64,000 nucleotides of DNA, taken from IMG/VR virus record IMGVR_UViG_3300045988_145635. One strand, given 5' to 3'. The notes under the pieces were generated by a model. The model had not been told where the DNA came from. It searched no databases and saw only the letters and a program-made list of their open reading frames with translations. The first letter of the stretch is position 1; the number at the start of each line of letters is the position of its first letter. This stretch comes from a virus. Its lineage: Duplodnaviria > Heunggongvirae > Uroviricota > Caudoviricetes. Shown here piece by piece: positions 18,380-27,801 of the stretch. The translations under genes were made by a program, and so were the position numbers.

Positions 18380-19200
18380 AATCACATCCTTAAATATCAA
18401 TAGGTTACAGTTGTTTATACCAATAAGAAAACAACTGAATAACAGATCAACGAAACATCAACGCTTTCACCCGATTTGGTCTAAAAAATTGACGTTTTCA
18501 CACATCACTGCTTATACCCGTAATTCTACGCAGCAGACAGCGCCACAGCGTCCAATTTTCACCACAGACGACCCAACACACTACCAACAAAAACACACGC
18601 TCAAAATCGTTCCCGTTGCGTTACATAACCATATAAACAACTTATTTTCAGGAATAACAAAACAACTAAATAACACATATGCCATTCCCAAAACAACCAA
18701 CCTCTTTATGGCAGGCTACCGAAAAGACCCACCTCTTCTTCCCAGGCTACCGGACAACCAACCTAACTTTCACAGGCAATCCGAAAACATTCATACGCGC
18801 GATACCCACGACACGCCATTACCCAAACAACGAAGAAACACCTGAACCACTGAAACCCCAACGAAGCCTGTTACCGCAAGGATTCTCTCAATCCCAAAAG
18901 ACACGAAACATAACAATCACGGGAAACGCCATTACCCAATACACGAATAACTACAAAAGCCCTTCACACACTCCAGACAAACAACTCAAACACAATAACG
19001 AAAGGAATCGCCCACCTGCCATTACTCCATACACGGAGAAGAACAATCACCAAAACGACGAGAACACCCCATAGAAGAACCACCGCAAAACGAACGAAAC
19101 CACATACACCGACAGAGAGAACAACACACCCAATTCACCAACAGAAATAGTCGCCGTATAGAACGTTCTGGAAGGAGTGAGCATTAACGCCTATAGAGAG
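18380..19200 (+). other. ORF-poor, strongly strand-asymmetric A+C-rich tract (G- and T-poor on the plus strand)
   Basis: ~0.8 kb dominated by A and C; contains short repeated CAGGCTACCG-like and CCACCTCTT motifs; six-frame ORFs here translate to low-complexity sequence. Confidence 0.55.
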
Positions 19201-19360
19201 GTTGAAACAGATAAAACACGAAGAAAACACAACATGTATAGCGAAGAAGCCAGGTATGTATAAGTGGGGAGGGAAGGAGGGGTGTCGCCTCCTTTTTCGT
19301 ATTTATTCAACTCCTGATTTTATCCCCCGTAACACCCCTACGGTCAGCCTTCGGTCCATA

Positions 19361-19497
19361 CAGGGAAAAGGTTGCATCCCGCTACAGAAACGGCTGGGTT
19401 GCCTTCGGGGAACGGCTGGGGATTTTCAGGGAAACGGTCGAGTTGCCTGTGTGGATTTCGGGAAAAGGCTCGATGCCGGTTCAGGAACGGTGGCGTA
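19361..19497 (+). repeat. Iteron-like array: six ~22-bp-spaced degenerate repeats (GGGAAA[A/C]GG core)
   Basis: Cores at about 19363, 19386, 19408, 19429, 19460, 19483. Confidence 0.6.
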
Positions 19498-19854
19498 CCG
19501 GTATAGCGTGAGGGAGAGTTGCGGCTGTCCACCTGTAATGTGCGGGAAGAAGAGAGGCGCTCACGTGCAGGCGAACTTACTTACCGTTGGACTCCCTCTG
19601 AATGCCCAGCTACAGCGTAATTGTGCCAGACAGTCAGCGGGTCACAATCGATTTCAGTAGGTTTTCGGGGAGAGGATTATTCTGCCCACCAGCCACCTTC
19701 GGCCACTAAATCAGAATAATGTAAAAAGTGTACTCGGTACTGAACCTGAAAACTCACTGCCAAAACCACATTCACCGGAATAAAATCCTTTTTCGCCTGT
19801 GCGTTATTGCGATAATAACACCAACAAGAAAACATGTTGTTTAAGGATTGCTTT

Positions 19855-20184
19855 ATGTTTGCAAATATCGACATCAACCAAATCAAGAAATTAACTCAAA
19901 AAGAGTTTGATCAGTTTTATGAGTTAGAAGGTTGGTCTTCCACTCTGATCAATTCGCGGTGGGTGCTTGAGCTGATGACTCGTGATGACGCACCTGCTTT
20001 GATGATTTGCGACATGGGTGAAGATGCTGACTTTATGGATATGAGCGAATTTTGTGTGGACACATACAACCGCAGCCAGAAGTACTACTTCACATGCGAT
20101 AGCGAAAATGACGTGATTTCTAAGGTCTATCTTCACCTCGTCCAGCATTGGGACGTTCAGGAGTTTCTTGAAGTATTCGAGTAA
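19855..20184 (+). CDS. Hypothetical protein
   Basis: AAGGA RBS; operator motif A at 19825-19846; own terminator at 20193-20213. Confidence 0.5.
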   Translation: MFANIDINQIKKLTQKEFDQFYELEGWSSTLINSRWVLELMTRDDAPALMICDMGEDADFMDMSEFCVDTYNRSQKYYFTCDSENDVISKVYLHLVQHWDVQEFLEVFE

Positions 20185-20338
20185 CCCCAACCAAAGCCAG
20201 CATTGCTGGCTTAACTTAATCTGTAGCCGCAGGGAAGAACCTGCATATCGCCCATGCACCTGATCAATATGCTTTGTAGCCGTTTTCTTACTGGTATTAT
20301 TTACGCCATTGAGAAAACAAGTTGTTTACGGAGTTGTG

Positions 20339-20650
20339 ATGAAAAAATCATTGGTTCTTGGTCTGGACAAAGACCAGAAGAGAAAAGAGAAGCCTGCGCT
20401 GGTTGCTCAATTAACTTTGCTGGACATCGTTGCCAATGGAACCTCTATTCGTCTGTTCCGTGAAACGGCGGTGTCTTTCGATAAAAACACCTTTACTCGT
20501 TATGTAATGAATGTTCGTCGCCAGCGTGGAAAAGGCTGGGTGGCATTTCAAAGAATGTGGCCGGAACATCAGCTCGAACTGGCTTTGATGGAAGTTAACC
20601 GCGTGGCCCAGCAAGAAATTCAGAGAGCATCAGTGATGGCAATAGCCTGA
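20339..20650 (+). CDS. Hypothetical protein
   Basis: ACGGAG RBS; operator motif A at 20307-20333. Confidence 0.5.
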   Translation: MKKSLVLGLDKDQKRKEKPALVAQLTLLDIVANGTSIRLFRETAVSFDKNTFTRYVMNVRRQRGKGWVAFQRMWPEHQLELALMEVNRVAQQEIQRASVMAIA

Positions 20651-20777
20651 TAATGTGCAAGTGGTAATTAGTCGACAGTACGACAGCCCCGCCATCCTTA
20701 CGGGGCTTTTTTTGTATTGTAAGTACATACTTACGATCATAGAATATAAAAATAACCAAAACACTACGGAGAGTGAA

Positions 20778-21173
20778 ATGACCGTTAAACGCGAAAAACT
20801 GACAGTTGATGTTTACTATGCCTCTGAAACCGCCGAAGGTAAGAATGTGGCAAAAATCACCGTTGTTACGTACAACACCGAAACTGGCGCCGAAGTCCAG
20901 GCCAGTACGATCGTGCGTAAAGGTGATGCCTCCGGCGGCGAGTACGAGACTCAATACCAGTCTATTTTCGATGCAACTGACCCGCTGCTGCTGAAAATCG
21001 AGAACTACTTCCGCCAGGTTGATGAAGAGGTGTTTGAAACCATGATGAATATGGTTAACACCGTATTCGCCTCCAGCCTGAATACCAGCACCACCTGGAT
21101 TGGCCAGTACGGTCTGCGCATTACCTCTGGCATTCCTGCCGACACCTTAATCCCTGAAAGCGTATTCGCTTAA
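20778..21173 (+). CDS. Hypothetical protein
   Basis: ACGGAGAGTG spacer before ATG; terminator hairpin upstream (20683-20712) and downstream. Confidence 0.5.
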   Translation: MTVKREKLTVDVYYASETAEGKNVAKITVVTYNTETGAEVQASTIVRKGDASGGEYETQYQSIFDATDPLLLKIENYFRQVDEEVFETMMNMVNTVFASSLNTSTTWIGQYGLRITSGIPADTLIPESVFA

Positions 21174-21290
21174 TCCTCTTTAAATGGCGCGTAAACCGCG
21201 CCATTTTCTTATACCCGATAACAATTTGTTTTCTGCCTTATCTGATTTGTGAAAATGATTTCACTGAAGCAACTTAATAAGGAAACCATC

Positions 21291-21665
21291 ATGGGACTTG
21301 ATATCTATATCGAGACACAGCCTAAAAACGATCTGAATAACGAGGCATCCAGAAAGCGGGTTGCTTACTTCTGTAAGTTCAATGCGCTCGTTGGGTGGAT
21401 GGAGCGCAACGTAGGTGAAGTCGAAAATTGTGAGCTTTTAGAATTAACGATGAATGACATTTGTCTTCTGAAAGCTCATTTGATGCACATAAACGAAAGT
21501 AATTGCGAAGAGTACTTGCCTACTCGGGAAGGTTTTTTCTTCGGCAGTCAGGAGTACGATGAAGGTTACTGGCATGATGTGGGGGAGTTGAAAGAGCTTG
21601 TGGAAGATCTGATTAAGAACCACGACTTTCACAATAACAGACTGACCTTCTGCGCCTGGTGGTAA
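21291..21665 (+). CDS. Hypothetical protein
   Basis: AAGGAAACC RBS; conserved promoter module upstream (21217-21262). Confidence 0.5.
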   Translation: MGLDIYIETQPKNDLNNEASRKRVAYFCKFNALVGWMERNVGEVENCELLELTMNDICLLKAHLMHINESNCEEYLPTREGFFFGSQEYDEGYWHDVGELKELVEDLIKNHDFHNNRLTFCAWW

Positions 21666-21666
21666 A

Positions 21667-21810
21667 TATGGGCGATTTCAAGAAACGCCTGAAGGAAAGA
21701 GCCGAGATGGTCAGAAAGCAAAACGCCTCTTCTGTCATCAGATACGCAAGGCAGTTTAGTCGCAACAACAAATCAGTTGAGGAAAAGATCCTTAGCGTAA
21801 TCGTGCGATA
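21667..21810 (+). CDS. Hypothetical small basic protein (47 aa)
   Basis: ATG 2 nt after the upstream stop; followed by AAGGCCACC-loop-GGTGGCCTT terminator. Confidence 0.3.
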
Positions 21811-22014
21811 ATTATTAAGGCCACCAGCATTGGTGGCCTTAAATGACCATCCTGTTTCCCGCAGGCTAAAACACCAACCTCTTACCTCCAGGCAACCGAC
21901 AAACCCACCTGTTCCCGTCCGGCTACCGCAACTTTCCACTTTGACGCCTTATTCGTACAACGATAATTAACACCAACAAGAAAACAATTTGTTATTTACG
22001 ATAAGGAATTAATC

Positions 22015-22497
22015 ATGAATTTTATCGCTACTGTAAACGCACCCGCACATGGCAATATCGCTGTAACGTTCTCTGACATTGAAAAACGAGTACTTGGTGC
22101 ATGGCGCGACAATGAGACGGTAGAACTGTCAGCACAAGAAAAATGCATTATTGCACGCGACATCATTGGCAATCGTCGTTACTCGCGGGTATTTGAGAAA
22201 GCGTATGTGGTAAATTCTGGATTCGGAACGTTCGTCTTTCCGGTGCGCTCCGGGCGATTCTGCCAGTCCAAGTTGATTGAGTTCGCTACGCAGATTTCTG
22301 TCTGGATTAAAACTCAATCGTCGTTCAAATTTTCCGACGATGAAGCAGTATCGCAGGGGATGCGGATCGCCAACAATGCAATTAAATGCAAAAACATTAC
22401 GTATACCGCTGGCGTTGATACATGGAAACTGTTTTGCGCTAACTTTATGCTGAATGTATACGCAAGCAACCGCATCCACATCCTTGATGGCGTGTAA
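22015..22497 (+). CDS. Hypothetical protein
   Basis: Operator motif A at 21977-21997; terminator hairpin at 22505-22528. Confidence 0.5.
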   Translation: MNFIATVNAPAHGNIAVTFSDIEKRVLGAWRDNETVELSAQEKCIIARDIIGNRRYSRVFEKAYVVNSGFGTFVFPVRSGRFCQSKLIEFATQISVWIKTQSSFKFSDDEAVSQGMRIANNAIKCKNITYTAGVDTWKLFCANFMLNVYASNRIHILDGV

Positions 22498-22546
22498 CTG
22501 AGAAGAGGGCCAGAAACGGCCCTTTCTCTATAGCCACCAGCTGCCG

Positions 22547-22626
22547 CAGGGAAATTTTCAGAAACGGCAAGGAACGCATTCATGAGCCGACGGGAAACGG
22601 CCAGGATTTTTTCGGGAAACGGCTGC
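22547..22626 (+). repeat. Second iteron-like cluster (GGGAAACGG / CAGAAACGG cores)
   Basis: Three to four repeats of the same core as 19361-19497; palindromes TAATCACATACGTGATTA and TGTGATTATGTGAAAAATCACG follow at 22760-22830. Confidence 0.5.
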
Positions 22627-23114
22627 ATTCGCCTTTGTGTAGAAAAAAACATCGGGAAGCTGGTGGAATCCAACCAGCGGTTGTCGGACAGGTGAGCGGG
22701 GAAAATTATGATGACTTTCGTCGCCTGAGACATCCAGATTTCTTTCGTAGCATAATCACATACGTGATTAAGTGGTGTGATTATGTGAAAAATCACGCGC
22801 ACATAATACGCGAGCGGATACGGAACAAAACAAAATGCCGATCCGCGCCGACAAATAAACGCGGATCATAAAGCAAGACTAAAAGCCAATGATTAACCAT
22901 ACACCATAACGCAATATAACGCGTTTTAAGCGCGTTAATGCGCTAAGTAATGGGTATATACTGGTAAGGATATAAAAGCTCGTCTGTGGCGTTATTTTGG
23001 CGCTTATTTTTATGTTGTTGGAGTGAGTCAAAGACAATAAAAAAAGCGCCATCATTGGCGCGTTATGGTGGAAGTATTGGAAACGAAAAAAGCGCCCATA
23101 GTGGGCGCTCGATT

Positions 23115-23351
23115 TTATTTATGTAAACTGATTTCAAATCCCATTTCTACAAACGCTTTTAACATTAAAAATATATCAGCGTCATTCACGTCTGCTTTTT
23201 TTCGCTCCTGGTCGCTCAATAAGTCAATTTTGCGCGTCGTTTCATCTATAAGCTCGACTGCGCGCCCAGCGTAACCAGCGATCCCAGCGATGCGATTAAC
23301 ATAATATTCGTTATGGACGTTAACGCCAGCGATAAGAACAAACATGATCAA
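23115..23351 (-). CDS. Hypothetical small protein
   Basis: ORF bracketed by GCGCCCATAGTGGGCGC hairpins. Confidence 0.4.
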   Translation of the reverse strand: MIMFVLIAGVNVHNEYYVNRIAGIAGYAGRAVELIDETTRKIDLLSDQERKKADVNDADIFLMLKAFVEMGFEISLHK

Positions 23352-23365
23352 GCTCCTTAAAAAAA

Positions 23366-23569
23366 TTAAATAGAATTTTGAAGTTTTCCGATTAATGCGC
23401 TTAAACGTAAGTATTCACGTTTGCGCTTGCAATCTCGCTTGCTGTTAAGCAAATCAGAAAACGTAAAATTTAATTGGTCGCGTTGCGCGATCAAATCATC
23501 GATTAATTCCAGTTTATAAGCGCGATACTTTGCGCGATATTCCGCGCGGATCTTGTCATAGCTGACCAT
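23366..23569 (-). CDS. Hypothetical small basic protein
   Basis: 67-aa ORF, AT-rich. Confidence 0.4.
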   Translation of the reverse strand: MVSYDKIRAEYRAKYRAYKLELIDDLIAQRDQLNFTFSDLLNSKRDCKRKREYLRLSALIGKLQNSI

Positions 23570-23616
23570 TTTAAAGCTCCTTTAAAGCGCCCATAGTGGG
23601 CGCTTGATTCCATTAA

Positions 23617-24267
23617 TTACGCTTTGAAAGCATCAGCTAGATAATTGTAGAAATCATTCTTGATAAAGCGATATTGCTGCGTACCAGCTTTCGCGCTCCC
23701 AGCTCCTTTGACTTTTTCAACAAGTCCAAGACGTTCGCAAAGATTGATCAACTGGTTGGCTTGAGTATAGCCAGCGTCCAATTTAATCTCGCACGCTTTT
23801 TTCGCTTCATTCATTAAATCGAAAACAGCGCCATTGGTGAACGTGTCGATCTCGTCGTTAATCATATCGATTAAAGCGAATACACGAGATCCTGACATAT
23901 CAGCGACGGAATAAACACATTTACCAGCTTTAATGGATTTAACCAGATAAACCAGTTTTTCCAGTGAATAACTATTAGTCATTGCATCACGGAAAAATAC
24001 TTCTGGCGCTTGTTTACTTGCTTTGATCGCATAGTAGAAAACAGAGCATAATTTTTCGTCTTCTACTGCGTTTACGACGTTGTTGATGAAGTAAGCAAGT
24101 TTAGTGGTAGCAGCTTGCATATTTGCTTTGTCTGCTTTGGTGTGCGTACCATTTTTATAATGTTCATTATATGTTTGAGTTGCCAGATCTGCTTTTTCGC
24201 GCAGCTCGTCGGATACAATGGATGCAGCTTCAATGATGGATTTTTTAGAAATGATAATGTTAGCCAT
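23617..24267 (-). CDS. Hypothetical protein
   Basis: 216-aa ORF with its own upstream AT-rich leader. Confidence 0.5.
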   Translation of the reverse strand: MANIIISKKSIIEAASIVSDELREKADLATQTYNEHYKNGTHTKADKANMQAATTKLAYFINNVVNAVEDEKLCSVFYYAIKASKQAPEVFFRDAMTNSYSLEKLVYLVKSIKAGKCVYSVADMSGSRVFALIDMINDEIDTFTNGAVFDLMNEAKKACEIKLDAGYTQANQLINLCERLGLVEKVKGAGSAKAGTQQYRFIKNDFYNYLADAFKA

Positions 24268-24548
24268 GATTTCAATCCTTAGTATAAAATTTAATTGTCG
24301 TTAGCGATTTCGCTTTCGATGAGTCCAATTATCGATATGAGAAAAAAGATTGCAAGCGTTTTTTAATTTTTTTTTGCAGGGCGAAAGTCCTAGAAATAAA
24401 TACGAGATCGTCGAAGGTGTTCCCTAAATAAATAATCGATTCCGGCTTTAGACCTTATATATTTATACGGGGTAGAATTGAAAGAGTATAAAATGAATGG
24501 CGTGTAAAATAATAACCGGACTTAGCCGGTTATTACCCTTATAGGAAT

Positions 24549-24848
24549 TTACATCTTTTTTGCATAGTTCCTGATTTCTTTTATTATATATTCCTGAAAA
24601 CGCTCCGAGTTTTCGCATTTGTCTTTTGAAGACTCATCAAGTCCCAACTTGCATCCCGCAACGATCAGTCCATCTTGATATGCAGCGCCTAAAGCCATGC
24701 TTAGGTCTAACATGCACAAATCGTAGTCTTCCGCCTTTGAACACAACTCTGTAGAGACACGTTGCACTCGTTCAATGCTATTTTCTTGAGAAAATGCGGA
24801 AGAGCTAAAAATGAAAGTTAAGAATGTGAATGCTGCTACAGTTTTCAT
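24549..24848 (-). CDS. Small secreted Cys-containing protein (signal peptide)
   Basis: MKTVAAFTFLTFIFSSSAFSQE signal-like N-terminus; 4 Cys; terminator hairpin downstream (24505-24528). Confidence 0.5.
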   Translation of the reverse strand: MKTVAAFTFLTFIFSSSAFSQENSIERVQRVSTELCSKAEDYDLCMLDLSMALGAAYQDGLIVAGCKLGLDESSKDKCENSERFQEYIIKEIRNYAKKM

Positions 24849-24864
24849 ATCAATATCCTAAAAC

Positions 24865-24916
24865 GGTAAAATTCGGTCAACCAAATCGAAGAAAACAAGA
24901 ATTTTTCTGCCGTCTT
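24865..24916 (-). repeat. Promoter/leader direct repeat, copy 1 (also carries a remnant 3' gene end)
   Basis: ~52 bp near-identical to 25231-25282. Confidence 0.6.
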
Positions 24917-24923
24917 CATACAT

Positions 24924-25220
24924 TTATCGGACTGACTCTACAGCCTTACGATTGGTGTCAAAAAGCGCATCAACGAACAGCAATGAAGAGTTGTTCAATT
25001 CACATGGTTCATAATTTTCCACCTGTTCACATAGTTGAGCGGTCTTACCTATGTTTATCCCTAGTTTTACTGCTGCTGAAAGTTGAAACATGCAAACTGG
25101 AATATTCTGAGACGTTGAGCATACGTCATGCATCAGCGACTTAATAATTGCAATATCATCCTTTGCATTGGCTGAAATTGAGTAAACTAAAAATAATGAT
25201 GTCAATAGTATCGATTTCAT
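24924..25220 (-). CDS. Small secreted Cys-containing protein (signal peptide), same architecture as 24549-24848
   Basis: MKSILLTSLFLVYSISANA signal-like N-terminus; 4-5 Cys. Confidence 0.5.
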   Translation of the reverse strand: MKSILLTSLFLVYSISANAKDDIAIIKSLMHDVCSTSQNIPVCMFQLSAAVKLGINIGKTAQLCEQVENYEPCELNNSSLLFVDALFDTNRKAVESVR

Positions 25221-25223
25221 AAC

Positions 25224-25748
25224 TCAAAAAGGTAAAATTCGTTCAACCCAATCGAAGAAAACAAGAATTTTTCTGCCGTCTTTCAACTTAAGTGTGACTA
25301 GGCAGGCATCAACGCCATCTGACGTTCCCTCAATTTCGCGGCCGTCTGCCATGTAGACCCTTATAGATTGGCCGTTTTGATAAGCCTTGCGACATATCTT
25401 AAAAAAATCACGACGTGATGGCTGGTTGTCTACATAGTCAGGGTGTATTGTTAGTCTCCCTTTGAAATCGTAATCAATGCCATCAATTACGCCTGATTCA
25501 ATTGTGCTAATGCGCTCAAGTGGGAGCCTTATACGATTTTCTTTGTCAAATGGAGTTGGACAAAGGTCAACTTTGTTACGAGATGACATGAGACCATAAA
25601 CGTACATGCAAAACACTTGGCCGTCTTCGAGAGTGACTCTTACAGGAAATTTAGCCCTCCGCCAGAAGAGCAAGGTGCGTTCAGCATGTTCGTAGTCTCG
25701 CGGCCATACTTCAGCCGGTATGCCGTAGGTGATATCTTTCGTCGTCAT
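25224..25748 (-). CDS. Hypothetical protein
   Basis: Start placed at the internal Met so the gene abuts the upstream lipoprotein gene. Confidence 0.5.
   Translation of the reverse strand: MTTKDITYGIPAEVWPRDYEHAERTLLFWRRAKFPVRVTLEDGQVFCMYVYGLMSSRNKVDLCPTPFDKENRIRLPLERISTIESGVIDGIDYDFKGRLTIHPDYVDNQPSRRDFFKICRKAYQNGQSIRVYMADGREIEGTSDGVDACLVTLKLKDGRKILVFFDWVERILPF
25231..25282 (-). repeat. Promoter/leader direct repeat, copy 2 (overlaps the 3' end of gene 25224-25748)
   Basis: ~52 bp near-identical to 24865-24916. Confidence 0.6.
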
Positions 25749-25752
25749 ATCA

Positions 25753-26172
25753 TTATAAAGTGGTTGGCAATATGTCCATTGTACCATCCCAGGTAGTGAA
25801 AACCCGATATGTTTTCGAATCGCCCTGCTTTAGCTTTATTTCTCGTTCCATCCTGGAGGGGTTAAATGCGCAAAGACCTGAACTTTCAATTGATGTCCCA
25901 ACGATCCACTCTCCTTCGTTAAGGTAGAAAGTTGCTTTTTCACCAGGTTCTAGCTTTGCAGCCGTTTCTCCATTGATGAAAATGGAAGCGTTACATGCAG
26001 AACCAACCAGCCCTTTGTCTCGAACTATTGTTAGACTAGACTCATGTGGTGTTTGATATTTAAATATTCTGCTTTGAGGTGCATCCTTTGCCTTTGAAAT
26101 AGATATAGACGAAGACGAACACCCAATTAGTGACGTGGTTAGCATTAGAATCATTAAGTTTTTTGCTTTCAT
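25753..26172 (-). CDS. Lipoprotein (candidate superinfection-exclusion type)
   Basis: Signal peptide with lipobox LIGC; function inferred only from being a prophage-encoded lipoprotein. Confidence 0.5.
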   Translation of the reverse strand: MKAKNLMILMLTTSLIGCSSSSISISKAKDAPQSRIFKYQTPHESSLTIVRDKGLVGSACNASIFINGETAAKLEPGEKATFYLNEGEWIVGTSIESSGLCAFNPSRMEREIKLKQGDSKTYRVFTTWDGTMDILPTTL

Positions 26173-26199
26173 ATTTGATTGACTATGATTAGTGAGTGG

Positions 26200-26748
26200 C
26201 TACATGCTATTCTGAGTTCTGTTGTAAATATCTTTTAAGAGGTCATCTCTTTTTATGTTTTTACAGACTTTGTCGAAACTTAATTCACCTGATGATATGC
26301 AGTTGTTGTATTTTTCGATAAAATTTTTTAATGCCAGATGATTTTTGAAAAGAAAAGAAAAACCATAGGGTGACGTGCTATCTCTTATCCATTTCCGAGC
26401 ACTGGGATAAGTGTATAAATTTGAATGCAACTCCAATTTTCCAGGGGCCACGCCATCACAGGAGTCCATAATAGCGAACATTTTTGATATATCAAAAGGA
26501 TAAAAGACTACTCCGCAATTTGTCCTGGTGCCTTCAATATCTTTCACGTATATATAGTGTTCATAACGATCTTTACGTGAAGTCTTTAACCTGTATTGTA
26601 TTAGTTTGTGCTCTTCTTTTTGAGAAGAAGTTAGGTGTCTAGGGTTTTCTAAGCAAGATTTCTGTTTATTTTTTTTATGATAAAAATCCACACAGTCCTT
26701 TATTTCCTTTGCACTTAAAAATCTCTTATCAAAAGGTAAGTGACCCAT
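26200..26748 (-). CDS. Hypothetical protein (AT-rich)
   Basis: 182-aa ORF; no motif recognised. Confidence 0.45.
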   Translation of the reverse strand: MGHLPFDKRFLSAKEIKDCVDFYHKKNKQKSCLENPRHLTSSQKEEHKLIQYRLKTSRKDRYEHYIYVKDIEGTRTNCGVVFYPFDISKMFAIMDSCDGVAPGKLELHSNLYTYPSARKWIRDSTSPYGFSFLFKNHLALKNFIEKYNNCISSGELSFDKVCKNIKRDDLLKDIYNRTQNSM

Positions 26749-26888
26749 TCATGCCTCCGGTTCTAAACATAGGTAAGCCTACAAATATCGTTCAGCCAAT
26801 CAAGATCTTTTTTCAGCCGGAGGTATATGTTTCAAAAAACGTGACGAATGTCACATGCAGGTGCTCTCATACACCTGCATGTAGACTA

Positions 26889-27455
26889 TTAATCATTCAA
26901 TAATCTATATTTTCTTTTGATTAAATCTTCACCTTTTTTGGTGAACACAAAACCAAATTGCGATTTTTTGTTCAGCCTAAGGACTCTGTTATCCAACGCA
27001 TCGGTTGATGGAATCAATGTTTGATCATCTATCCAATTTAGTAGCGTAAGAAAGTTCAGCAGCCTCAACGTTGTTGTGCGAAGCTCTTTCGATATATTTT
27101 CAATGCTGGCAATTCGTCTTTCTTTTTTCTCAGGTGGTACAGATAATTGTTCTTGAGGTTTCGTGGATAGATAATCAATTTCGTTTGCAGCATCGAATGA
27201 TATATGTGGCGTAATTTTGCTAAAAAAGCCTTTCGCTGACTCACTTGATAATAAACCAGACCTATTCATATCGTTTGTTATTCTGTACAGGAGTGGACTG
27301 TGTTTCATTTCAGGATAACGTTGATAAAAGTTAAGCAATTCAAAAGCAGCATTAGCGCCAACAAGAAAATCAGAAGGATCGCTGACTTTCCAGAAAGAAT
27401 GATTTTTCTTAGCGCCAGTGGTGTCAACAAATGATAATTCTTTTAACCAACTCAT
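26889..27455 (-). CDS. Hypothetical protein (AT-rich)
   Basis: Start at the Met with AAGGAG RBS. Confidence 0.45.
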   Translation of the reverse strand: MSWLKELSFVDTTGAKKNHSFWKVSDPSDFLVGANAAFELLNFYQRYPEMKHSPLLYRITNDMNRSGLLSSESAKGFFSKITPHISFDAANEIDYLSTKPQEQLSVPPEKKERRIASIENISKELRTTTLRLLNFLTLLNWIDDQTLIPSTDALDNRVLRLNKKSQFGFVFTKKGEDLIKRKYRLLND

Positions 27456-27520
27456 GATGTGCTCCTTTCTAACAAGTGAGCACATCATAGAATTAGTAGA
27501 TAGGGGGTAAATATGAAATG

Positions 27521-27799
27521 TTACGGCAACCTGCTCAGTATTTCCTCTAAATCTTTTTTTGTCATATTGGAGTTTTCATAGATGCGCATGATTTTCTCAC
27601 GCGTCTTAGCGGAAACCCCAACAGCAGATGTGACTTTGTCAAATTCAGCCATAGTCATCGTCTCCAGAATGGCATTGATAACTTCAGCCTTAGACATCTT
27701 AATTTTTTTCTCTTTGAGTTTTATTTGAAATTTTCCAAGTTTTTCATTGGCCTTATCAGACAATGCCACTTGGCAATAAGTTGTTTTTTTTTCGCTCAT
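27521..27799 (-). CDS. Small Lys-rich protein, translationally coupled to the helicase
   Basis: ATG 2 nt after the helicase stop. Confidence 0.45.
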   Translation of the reverse strand: MSEKKTTYCQVALSDKANEKLGKFQIKLKEKKIKMSKAEVINAILETMTMAEFDKVTSAVGVSAKTREKIMRIYENSNMTKKDLEEILSRLP

Positions 27800-27801
27800 A
27801 A

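Noticed and set aside
18372-19074. ORFs 18372-18845 and 18679-19074 in the CA-rich tract
   Set aside because: Open frames are a by-product of the G/T-poor composition (few stop codons); translations are low-complexity; no RBS context
19361-19497. Possible CRISPR array
   Set aside because: Repeats are degenerate and ~22 bp apart with no unique spacers of CRISPR length; no cas genes; better explained as iterons
22314-22802. 162-aa minus-strand ORF spanning the 22.5-kb control region
   Set aside because: Overlaps the plus-strand gene 22015-22497 and runs through iterons and palindromes; no RBS; likely spurious
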